Shown here: positions 21,187-29,463 of the stretch, one piece after another
Numbering within the stretch: the stretch's first letter is position 1
Layout: each line of letters opens with the position of its first letter
NCBI GenBank assembly: GCA_003551705.1
Contig: PUNJ01000037.1
Span: 2,605-66,604 of the forward strand
Source: Chloroflexota bacterium
GTDB lineage: Bacteria > Chloroflexota > Dehalococcoidia > UBA2247 > RBG-13-53-26
DNA length: 64,000 nucleotides
Direction of reading: 5' to 3'
Translations under genes and position numbers: made by a program
The notes under the pieces: generated by a model
Told to the model about the DNA's origin: nothing
What the model saw: the letters and a program-made list of their open reading frames with translations, nothing else
Database searches by the model: none

Positions 21187-21615
21187 ATGGCGGAGAAAAT
21201 TAGTGAGCAGCAGATCAAAGAGCGGGAAATGCAGACCAGATTGGAGGAGATCCAGAAGACCGGCGAGGTCACGATCGACGGAAGAACGCGGATAGATGAA
21301 AAGGTAATAGGCGCCATTGCGGGATCGGCAGCCCGAGAAATAGAAGGCGTAGCAAAGTTGGGCAAGAGTTCCATACGCCGTACCATATCAGAGGCGGTTG
21401 GCGGAACAGAGAAGAGGGCTGAAGGCGTCCAGATCGAAGCGGGTGCCAAAGAGGCCATAATCGAACTCGATCTGCATGTGAAATATGGCTACAGTATACC
21501 GGACATAATCGTGGCAGCGAGAAAGAAGATGGCCTCGCGCGTGCTCGAGTACACGGGACTTTTTGCCAAAGAGATAAACATCCGAGTTGTGGGCTTGGAG
21601 TTCTCTGAATCATAA
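21187..21615 (+). CDS. Asp23/Gls24 envelope stress protein (copy 1)
   Basis: IDEKVIGAIAG..EIEGV..GVQIE..YGYSIP..YTGLFAKEINIRV. Confidence 0.88.
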   Translation: MAEKISEQQIKEREMQTRLEEIQKTGEVTIDGRTRIDEKVIGAIAGSAAREIEGVAKLGKSSIRRTISEAVGGTEKRAEGVQIEAGAKEAIIELDLHVKYGYSIPDIIVAARKKMASRVLEYTGLFAKEINIRVVGLEFSES

Positions 21616-21854
21616 CGGCGGTGAGACCATTTACATGGCAACACGAAGATGTCACCGTTTTGTAACCATTTGTACACCGATTTTATGATTTCGTCACGCA
21701 AGATCGGCTAACATTTATATTAGCGGACAGGGCTATGTGGTGGTTTAACCTGGAGTTGGTTTTCATAGTATCCCTGTTGGCATTTGGTTCTCCGACCGAG
21801 CCAGGCACTGCTCGCTGGGTCAGGAGGCTCAGAAAACGTAGAAGGAGGAGGGAA

Positions 21855-22295
21855 ATGGCTCAACAAAGATCCGAAGTGCGGTTTGAAGAAACTGAAATGA
21901 AGCAGAGGCTGGAAGAGATTAGCAAAGCTGGTGAGATGGAGGTCGGCGGCGAGACTCATATAGAGGATGACGTAATCGCCTCCATTGCCAGTATAGCGGC
22001 TAGCCAGGTGGAAGGGGTCTCCAGTTTGGGGAGAAGTTCGATAACGAGAAGTATTTCGGAGCGATTTGGCGCGGAGGGCAGGTCCAAGGGGGTCGAAGTC
22101 GAGGCTGGTAAGAAAGAGGCCATTATAGATCTTACTCTCAGGGTCATCTACGGCTTTAGCATCCCACAGATCGTCATCGATGTCCGCAAGAAGGTCGCTC
22201 AGGCCCTGTGGGACTACACTGGTCTTGTCGCAAGGGAGATCAACATCGAGATTGCCGACATCGAATTTCCGGAACGCGTGTCCAGGGTGGAATAG
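21855..22295 (+). CDS. Asp23/Gls24 envelope stress protein (copy 2)
   Basis: IEDDVIASIA..VEGV..GVEVE..YGFSIP..YTGLVAREINIEI; SD before ATG 21855. Confidence 0.88.
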   Translation: MAQQRSEVRFEETEMKQRLEEISKAGEMEVGGETHIEDDVIASIASIAASQVEGVSSLGRSSITRSISERFGAEGRSKGVEVEAGKKEAIIDLTLRVIYGFSIPQIVIDVRKKVAQALWDYTGLVAREINIEIADIEFPERVSRVE

Positions 22296-22481
22296 CCCCC
22301 TCTCTAGTACAAGATGTTTCGGACCTCAATAGCTCCAAAGCTGCCAATGCCAGTAGGGTGAGGATGTGAACGGGCGGTAGAACTGGCACTGGCAGCTTTT
22401 GCTTGTTCCGGGAACAGCAAACTGCCCAAGATTTGGCAAAGGCCTGCTCATTCATGAACCCCTCGCGAATTTGGACGAACC

Positions 22482-24599
22482 ATGAAGGATCTTAGGGTGG
22501 ACAAGATTCGAGATCGGGAAGGGAACCTTGTGCCGTTCGACTCTAGCAATGTTGAAAGGTCCATAAGACGCGCCCTTAAAGCAAATCGTATTTCCGGGGA
22601 AGAACTGGCAGCAAGCTTGACTCGACAGGTTGCCGGCATTTTGTCAGAGAGATTTCTTGACTCGCAACCGGGGATTGGCGATGTTCAGGAAGCCATCGTG
22701 CACGTCCTCAAAACTGAAGGTTACCCAGCAGCTGCCAAGACTTACCGGCTGTTTCGTGAACAACAGAAAGAGATCAGACAAGTCAAGGACATGATAGGGG
22801 TCCAGGACGATTTGAACCTGACCCCAAATGCACTGAAGGTGCTGGATAGGCGATATTTGTTGAGGGATGAGGCAGGCAACATCGCCGAGACTCCGGCGCA
22901 GATGCTGCAGCGTGTGGCCAAGGCGGTTGCCTCCGCCGAGGCGAAATTCGACTCTGAAGCAGACGTTGCCCGGTTTGAAGACGACTTCTTCCGGATGATG
23001 CGCGATTTTCATTTTCTTCCAAATTCGCCCACTTTGATGAATGCAGGCACGAGCATTGGCCAGCTCTCCGCTTGCTTCGTGCTCCCCATAGAAGACGATA
23101 TAGATGCCATCTTCGAGTCCATCAAGGATGCAGCCATCATCCACAAATCGGGGGGTGGAACAGGGTTTTCGTTCAGCCGGATCAGGCCGCGGGGGGACCT
23201 GGTCCGTAGCACCATGGGTGTCGCATCCGGCCCTGTCTCATTCTTGAGAGTTTTCGATCTTGCAACAGGTGTTATGAAACAAGGCGGCAGGCGTCGTGGA
23301 GCAAACATGGGTATCCTCAATGCAGACCATCCGGACATTAAAGAGTTTGTGCTGGCCAAACAGGACGAGAGCCTGCTTCCCAACTTCAATCTTTCTGTCG
23401 GAGTGAGTGACGAGTTTGTGGAGGCAGTGTCCAGAAAGCAAGTCCTGCCGCTCATCAATCCCAGGAACGGGCTGGAATGGGGCAGCATTAATGCAGAGGA
23501 ACTCATGAATCTAATTGTGACCAATACCTGGCACACTGGGGAACCAGGCTTGATTTTTCTCGACGCCTTGAACAGGCACAACCCGACGCCAAATCTTGGC
23601 AGATTGGAGGCAACCAATCCCTGTGGTGAGTTGCCACTCCTGCCATACGAGAGTTGTTGTCTTGGGTCTATAAATCTGGGCAGGATGACGCACGACCGTA
23701 CTATGGACTGGGACCGGTTCAAGAAGACTATACATCTCGGTGTCAGATTCCTTGACAACCTGATTGAAATAAACAACTATCCAATACCCAGCATAGGAGA
23801 GGCCACGCGAGCGAACAGGAAGATCGGCCTCGGAGTCATGGGTTTTGCGGATGCCTTGGTTGAAATGGGCATAGCTTACGGTTCGGAAGCCGGCCTTGAA
23901 ATGGCTGACCGCATAATGTCTTTCATGCTCGAGGAGGCTAGGCGTGCATCGACTGAGCTGGCTACTGAGCGAGGCGTATTCCCGAATTTCTTGGGCAGTA
24001 GTTATGATATAGGTTCGGCGCCCGGAATGAGGAATGCTTCGCTTCTGGCCATAGCTCCTACAGGCACCATAAGTATTCTGGCCAGGTGTTCGAGTGGCAT
24101 TGAACCCCTTTTCGCCCTGGTATTCTCACGCAAGGTCATGGATGGCACCACATTGATCGAGATCAATCCCCGTTTTCAGCAGACCGCCTGTGAGCGTGGG
24201 TTCTTCTCCAGGGATCTCATGGAAGAGGTAGCCAGACGTGGTACGGTAAAAGATATCGATGGAATTCCCGAGGATGTGCAACGTGTTTTTGTAACCGATT
24301 TTGATATAGCACGTGATTGGCACATCAGGATGCAGGCTGTGTTCCAGAAGTACGTGGATAATGCTGTAGCCAAGACAGTCAACCTACCGTCCGACGCGAC
24401 GCCTGCCGACATCAGGCATGTCTACAACCTTGCACACCAATTGGGGTGCAAAGGCGTGACTGTTTATCGCTATGGTAGCCGTGCCGAGCAGGTATTGTAT
24501 CTGGGAGGACATATTACCGATACGGGTGAGACCTACCCTTACGTTACAGCTGAGTCGGAATATGGGGGAGGTTTCCTTGCAGGTTGTTGCTATGCCTGA
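22482..24599 (+). CDS. nrdJ: Class II (adenosylcobalamin-dependent) ribonucleotide reductase with ATP-cone
   Basis: N-terminal ATP-cone (IRDREGNLVPFD), PNSPTLMNAG, LSACFV, ATNPCGE, IAPTGTIS; no C-terminal Tyr pair and no nrdB neighbour. Confidence 0.88.
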   Translation: MKDLRVDKIRDREGNLVPFDSSNVERSIRRALKANRISGEELAASLTRQVAGILSERFLDSQPGIGDVQEAIVHVLKTEGYPAAAKTYRLFREQQKEIRQVKDMIGVQDDLNLTPNALKVLDRRYLLRDEAGNIAETPAQMLQRVAKAVASAEAKFDSEADVARFEDDFFRMMRDFHFLPNSPTLMNAGTSIGQLSACFVLPIEDDIDAIFESIKDAAIIHKSGGGTGFSFSRIRPRGDLVRSTMGVASGPVSFLRVFDLATGVMKQGGRRRGANMGILNADHPDIKEFVLAKQDESLLPNFNLSVGVSDEFVEAVSRKQVLPLINPRNGLEWGSINAEELMNLIVTNTWHTGEPGLIFLDALNRHNPTPNLGRLEATNPCGELPLLPYESCCLGSINLGRMTHDRTMDWDRFKKTIHLGVRFLDNLIEINNYPIPSIGEATRANRKIGLGVMGFADALVEMGIAYGSEAGLEMADRIMSFMLEEARRASTELATERGVFPNFLGSSYDIGSAPGMRNASLLAIAPTGTISILARCSSGIEPLFALVFSRKVMDGTTLIEINPRFQQTACERGFFSRDLMEEVARRGTVKDIDGIPEDVQRVFVTDFDIARDWHIRMQAVFQKYVDNAVAKTVNLPSDATPADIRHVYNLAHQLGCKGVTVYRYGSRAEQVLYLGGHITDTGETYPYVTAESEYGGGFLAGCCYA

Positions 24600-24619
24600 A
24601 TCACACCAGGAGGATGAAG

Positions 24620-25780
24620 ATGAAGACCTTTTCGATTGAAGAATTAAGAACGCTGGTTGAGAAAGGCACTGGGCTTTGCACCTCCATCTACATGCCCACG
24701 CATCGTACAGGAGCTGAGTCGCGGCAGGACCCGACCAGGTTAAAGAACCTCCTACGGGAAGCAGAGAAACACCTTGTCGATAGAGGATTGCGTACGACCC
24801 AGGTCAGGGAGATGCTCGGTCCGGCTGAATCGCTGGTCAGGGACGACCTTTTCTGGCTGCACCAGTCGGACAGTCTTGCCGTTTTCATAGCTGAAGGGTT
24901 CTTCAGCTATTACCGGTTGCCGTTGGTCATTGATGAGCTGTCGCTGACTACAGATGGTTACTTTCACTTGAAGCCACTTTTGCCCATTTTTACCAACGGC
25001 CAGTACTATGTGCTGGCATTGAGTATGAAGCACGTCCGTTTGCTCCAGGCAACGCGTTTTAGTGTTACTGAAGTCAAGCTTGAGGATGATGTGCCCTTGA
25101 GCTTGGAGGAAGCCCTGAAGTATGACGATCCGGAGCGTCAAACGCAATTTCACACACCTCAGCCAGTCGGGTATCGGGGGGCGGAACAGGCAGCGGCATT
25201 TCACGGCCATGGAGTCGGCATAGACGATCGCAAGCCTGACATCATGCGTTTCTTTACGCTAGTTGATGCCGGGGTACGCCAACGCCTGAAAGATGAAAAG
25301 GCGCCTCTAATACTGGCGTGCGTGGACTACCTATATCCCCTTTATGCCAAGGTCAATGACTATCCGGGCTTGCTGGAGAGGTGGGTGCCGGGTAATCCCG
25401 ATGGTATAGGTACCCCGGAGTTACAGAAACGGTCCTGGCCTTTGGTGGAGACGCATTTCCAGCAGGCGCGCCAGTGGGCCATGGAGCGTTACTGGGACCT
25501 GGCTGGGACTGGGAGGACTTCCACGGACCTCGCGGAGATAGTGATAGCGGCTCATGGTGGCCGCATTGATGAACTCTTTGTGGCTCTGGAAGTAGAGCGA
25601 TGGGGCACTTATGACCCGGATACAGCCTCAGTAGAGGTCCACGGCGAAGCTATGCCCGTCCATAGGGATTTGCTGGACCTGGCTGCCATACAGACAATCC
25701 TTCACAACGGTAGTGTTTACGCCGTTTCTGGAGCAGGGATGCCGGACAAGTCGGACATGGTTGCCATATTCCGTTACTAA
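24620..25780 (+). CDS. Bacterial archaeo-eukaryotic release factor family 3/7 protein (Balon-like)
   Basis: SIYMPTHR..RLKNLL, FHLKPL, FHGHG, PLILA, GNPD, GRIDELFV, C-terminal AIFRY; no GGQ. Confidence 0.8.
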   Translation: MKTFSIEELRTLVEKGTGLCTSIYMPTHRTGAESRQDPTRLKNLLREAEKHLVDRGLRTTQVREMLGPAESLVRDDLFWLHQSDSLAVFIAEGFFSYYRLPLVIDELSLTTDGYFHLKPLLPIFTNGQYYVLALSMKHVRLLQATRFSVTEVKLEDDVPLSLEEALKYDDPERQTQFHTPQPVGYRGAEQAAAFHGHGVGIDDRKPDIMRFFTLVDAGVRQRLKDEKAPLILACVDYLYPLYAKVNDYPGLLERWVPGNPDGIGTPELQKRSWPLVETHFQQARQWAMERYWDLAGTGRTSTDLAEIVIAAHGGRIDELFVALEVERWGTYDPDTASVEVHGEAMPVHRDLLDLAAIQTILHNGSVYAVSGAGMPDKSDMVAIFRY

Positions 25781-25994
25781 CTGTACCATTCAAGAGTGAC
25801 TTCTTTGAACCTGCTTGCTCTTGATAACCACTTATTTCACGAGGAAATACCGATAACGGGCTATTTGATAATGGCGCGGCAAAGTTTATGATAACTTAGA
25901 AGTAAACCATTGTAATAACAGTAGTTTTGCTGGTGGTGGAAGAACCAGGAAAGGAAACTCCTGGTCAGGACTCTATAGCAGGGGGCGCGCAGGC

Positions 25995-26348
25995 ATGGTA
26001 GTTGTGACAAAGAAGGCAGCGGAGCTATTGAAACAGAAGCTGGTTGAGGTTTACATGCGAGCCGGAGGATTGGATAATATGGATATGGATCCTCATACTG
26101 CTCAGTCTGTCAAAGAGAAACTGGCCAAGAACTGGTCTGAAGCAGGGCTGGGTTTTCGCATGGTCCGTATTAGCAGTGACAATGGGGAACCTACTGTGAT
26201 CATGAACGTGGACGTGGCTAGAGAGGGTGACGTTATTACGCAACGGGAAGGCATAAATCTCTTTCTGGACTCGGCTAGCGCTAGTAGCATCGGAGACCGG
26301 GAACTGGACTATGTTGACGAACCGGAAGGTGATTTCGTTTTGCGGTAG
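25995..26348 (+). CDS. HesB/IscA-fold protein without cysteines
   Basis: VTKKAAE..GFRM..EGDVI..EGINLFLD..LDY pattern; zero Cys. Confidence 0.55.
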   Translation: MVVVTKKAAELLKQKLVEVYMRAGGLDNMDMDPHTAQSVKEKLAKNWSEAGLGFRMVRISSDNGEPTVIMNVDVAREGDVITQREGINLFLDSASASSIGDRELDYVDEPEGDFVLR

Positions 26349-26368
26349 GTATTTTTTCAAGAGGTGTT

Positions 26369-26587
26369 ATGGACATACGTTTCGGAGCACAAGTTGAGGA
26401 CAAAGAAGGACGGGGCCTTGGACCCGTCGGACACTTGGCGCGCAACCTGAGTACCGGTGAACTGAAGATGTTCATTGTGCGTAGAAGGGGAGAAAGCGAC
26501 CTCTTCATCTCCCCGGATGACGTCTCGGAAGCCACCGAAGACCGTGTCAAACTCAAGACTTCGCTGGAAGAACTCGAGAACAGGTAA
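26369..26587 (+). CDS. PRC-barrel domain protein
   Basis: GAQVEDKEGRGLGPV...DLFISPDDV..DRVKL; GAGG SD. Confidence 0.65.
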   Translation: MDIRFGAQVEDKEGRGLGPVGHLARNLSTGELKMFIVRRRGESDLFISPDDVSEATEDRVKLKTSLEELENR

Positions 26588-26801
26588 CCAGGAAAGAAAC
26601 AGAATACTGCTTCCTCCCCATTCATTGCTCCAGTGAAGCCCTCCCTTTCTGGGCTGGTGTTCATTTGACGGCTAGTCCGGTCAGGCCGGTGGTCCATGCA
26701 CACCCCTCACCTGATTAACCTCAGAGACGATGAAGGCACCGCAGGCTTGTTATGGTTCTCGTCCAGCAGCTATCATAGAAGCAGTTGCAGGGAGGGACCA
26801 A

Positions 26802-27920
26802 ATGACAGATCCTCGAACAGAGAAGCTGGCCGAAGTTCTTGTGGACTATTCTCTGGCAATCAAGCCAGGCCACAAGGTGGTCATTGATGGAAGCGTAACA
26901 GCGGCACCCCTAATGAGGGCGGCTTATGCACGCGTGCTTAGAGCTGGCGGTCACCCACTTCTGGATGTTGATCTGCCTGGAACGGACGAGTTATTCTACA
27001 AACTTGCCTCCGAAGAGCAACTGCGCCATATTCCGGAACCGGCAAAGCTGATAGTTGAGACCTTTGACGCGCGCATTGCCGTTATCTCCGAGGATAATAC
27101 CAAGTCGTTGAGCAACGTCGATCCTCAACGAATGTTGATTCGCCGGCAGGCGCGAACCGGACTCATGAAGACCTTCATGAGGAGATCGGCGGCCCGAGAG
27201 TTGCGATGGGTTGTGGTCCTGTACCCAACCAATGCCCATGCCCAGGATGCCGAGATGAGTATAACGGAATATGAAGACTTCGTCTTTCGCTCGTGCCTGC
27301 CTGACCTGCAGGACCCGGTGGGCTACTGGCAACGGTTTTCGACCTGGCAGCAGGCTATCATCAACTGGTTTCGGGGCAAAGATCGTGTACATGTAACCGC
27401 ACCTGGTACGGAGATCAGGTTCAGTATCGCCGGCCGGACATTTGAGAACTGTGATGGGCATCATAACCTGCCGGATGGGGAGATCTATACAGGCCCCATT
27501 GAGGACAGTGTAGAAGGCGAGGTCCATTTTTCCTACCCGGCCATCTATAGTGGACGTGAGGTTACCGGTATTCGTCTCTGGTTCGAAAAAGGCAGGGTTA
27601 TCCGGGCATCTGCCGACAAGAATGAGGAGTTCCTGCTAAGTGTGCTCGAAACGGATGAGGGGGCTCGCCGGGTGGGCGAATTTGCCCTAGGTACCAATCC
27701 GGGTATAGACCGGTTCACGCGGGAAATACTGTTCGATGAAAAAATAAACGGGAGCTTCCACCTAGCGCTTGGCGCCGGCTATCCGGAGACCGGCAGCAAG
27801 AATGAATCGGCTGTTCACTGGGATATGATATGTGATTTGCGGCAGGGCGGCGAAATACGAGTAGACGACCAGGTACTCTACCGGGATGGCAGGTTCGTCA
27901 TAGATTTGCCCGAGAGGTAG
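26802..27920 (+). CDS. Aminopeptidase, M29 (AmpS/AmpT) family
   Basis: NLPDGEIYT, GEFALG, LFDEKI..HLALG..Y..SAVHWD. Confidence 0.93.
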   Translation: MTDPRTEKLAEVLVDYSLAIKPGHKVVIDGSVTAAPLMRAAYARVLRAGGHPLLDVDLPGTDELFYKLASEEQLRHIPEPAKLIVETFDARIAVISEDNTKSLSNVDPQRMLIRRQARTGLMKTFMRRSAARELRWVVVLYPTNAHAQDAEMSITEYEDFVFRSCLPDLQDPVGYWQRFSTWQQAIINWFRGKDRVHVTAPGTEIRFSIAGRTFENCDGHHNLPDGEIYTGPIEDSVEGEVHFSYPAIYSGREVTGIRLWFEKGRVIRASADKNEEFLLSVLETDEGARRVGEFALGTNPGIDRFTREILFDEKINGSFHLALGAGYPETGSKNESAVHWDMICDLRQGGEIRVDDQVLYRDGRFVIDLPER

Positions 27921-28050
27921 AACTCCAATGGTGCCGGAGCCTTTCCCGCCCAGGTATGCAATTTTTTCCATCCCTCTGCAGGTGGCTCATTTATGGCCGA
28001 GTTATTTGCCGTCCACATCAAGGTTCTCTATCTGCCGCCCATGGATACCA

Positions 28051-28689
28051 CTAAACTCTCCCAGGACCAATGGGCATGGGCTTTGCCAGTACCAGGGTTA
28101 GGGCATTGCCGAGGACCAGTTCCTGCTTGATCTCGTGAAGGTTTCCCATATCCAGTATGAACTTGAGTCCGCCTTTGCGTTGATAGTCCCGGAAACAAAG
28201 GAAGTGTTGCCTGCCCGCGAGAAACTCTATGGTGACCGCCAGCCCTGCCGTCCACGTTTTGGGCATCGGAGCAGAATAGTCCATCAAGACCAGGAAACCA
28301 TCTTCACGGGTAACACGCCTGGCTTCAAGAACAAGTTGCTCCTGCAGCCATGGTGGTTTTTCGTGCAGTGCCAGGCAGATTGAAACAAAATCAAAACTCT
28401 CGTCTCTGAAGGGAAGGTGCCCGGCATTTGCTCGGCAGACCAATGTGTTGCTGACTGCTCCTGGTTGAACGCGACTGCGGGCTATGCGCAGCATCTGGGC
28501 GTTGATGTCTATCCCGGCAGCGTGCATTCCATGTTTCGCAAAGAACGCTAACTGTCCGCCGGTAGCGCAGCATATATCTAAAACAGTGGCTCCGGCTCGC
28601 ATGCCAGCAAAGCTGAGCAGGAAAGCCCGGATGCGCCGAAGGAGCCGGTCAATGACGGCAAAGTAGAATAGCGGGAACGGCGAAAGCAT
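28051..28689 (-). CDS. Class I SAM methyltransferase (UbiE-like)
   Basis: VLDICCATG, LPFRDESFD, LALHE. Confidence 0.85.
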   Translation of the reverse strand: MLSPFPLFYFAVIDRLLRRIRAFLLSFAGMRAGATVLDICCATGGQLAFFAKHGMHAAGIDINAQMLRIARSRVQPGAVSNTLVCRANAGHLPFRDESFDFVSICLALHEKPPWLQEQLVLEARRVTREDGFLVLMDYSAPMPKTWTAGLAVTIEFLAGRQHFLCFRDYQRKGGLKFILDMGNLHEIKQELVLGNALTLVLAKPMPIGPGRV

Positions 28690-28937
28690 GGGATGACGCT
28701 ACCATATAACAAGCACTACCTGCAAAGGGGTCTTACATGGCCAGCAATTGGATGAGCCAAAAGGTTCTTGCAGAAGATTCGAAAGACACAAGTCAAGAGC
28801 CGAAGGCCAATTGTGCCAGCTCATAGATTCGTGTCAACATGTGGATCAGGAAATGCAAATGGCGGTCTGGAATGAATGAGCCTGTAACTATAGTCTGCAA
28901 TGATGATGCATGTACAGACAACAGCCGGGGGGACGTT

Positions 28938-29297
28938 GTGAAGGTACTGATGATTGAGGACGAGATGGAAATCATTGAAAGCCTTTCTCTCGTTTTCCAG
29001 TTGCGTTGGCCTGGTACCACGTTGCTGTTCACACATCAGGGAAGAAGGGGAGTGGAAATGGTGAACAGCGAGGATCCGGATGTGGTGATACTGGACCTTG
29101 GTCTGCCTGATATTTGTGGATTGGAAGTTCTTCAACAGATTCGCTCCGTTTCATCCGTACCCGTTGTCATTCTGACGGCCATGTCAGAGGACTGGACCCG
29201 AGTGAAAGGACTGGAATACGGGGCTGATGCCTTCATGACCAAACCCTTCAAACAGTCGGAGTTGATGAACCGGCTCCAAACCCTGGCCCGTGGCTAA
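28938..29297 (+). CDS. Single-domain response regulator
   Basis: VLMIEDE, ILDLGLPD, ILTA, GADAFMTKPF; start placed at GTG 28938. Confidence 0.88.
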   Translation: MKVLMIEDEMEIIESLSLVFQLRWPGTTLLFTHQGRRGVEMVNSEDPDVVILDLGLPDICGLEVLQQIRSVSSVPVVILTAMSEDWTRVKGLEYGADAFMTKPFKQSELMNRLQTLARG

Positions 29298-29463
29298 TCC
29301 CCATCTCAGTCCCCGGCTGCGTACCTCATTGGCTTGCGCTATATAATCGCCTCTTGATCTATGGCAAGACCGCAATGTATCATGAAGTACGGACAGTCGC
29401 GCTGAAGAAAGACTGTCACCTCCTCCTCCAACTTTTTGCGAATAATCCAGCAGGATATCCCTG

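Noticed and set aside
22296-22481. Cobalamin riboswitch or NrdR box before nrdJ
   Set aside because: Only a loose ggcactgg; the AGGGAA-GGTG-AA-TCC core and B12 box are absent, and no NrdR palindrome was seen.
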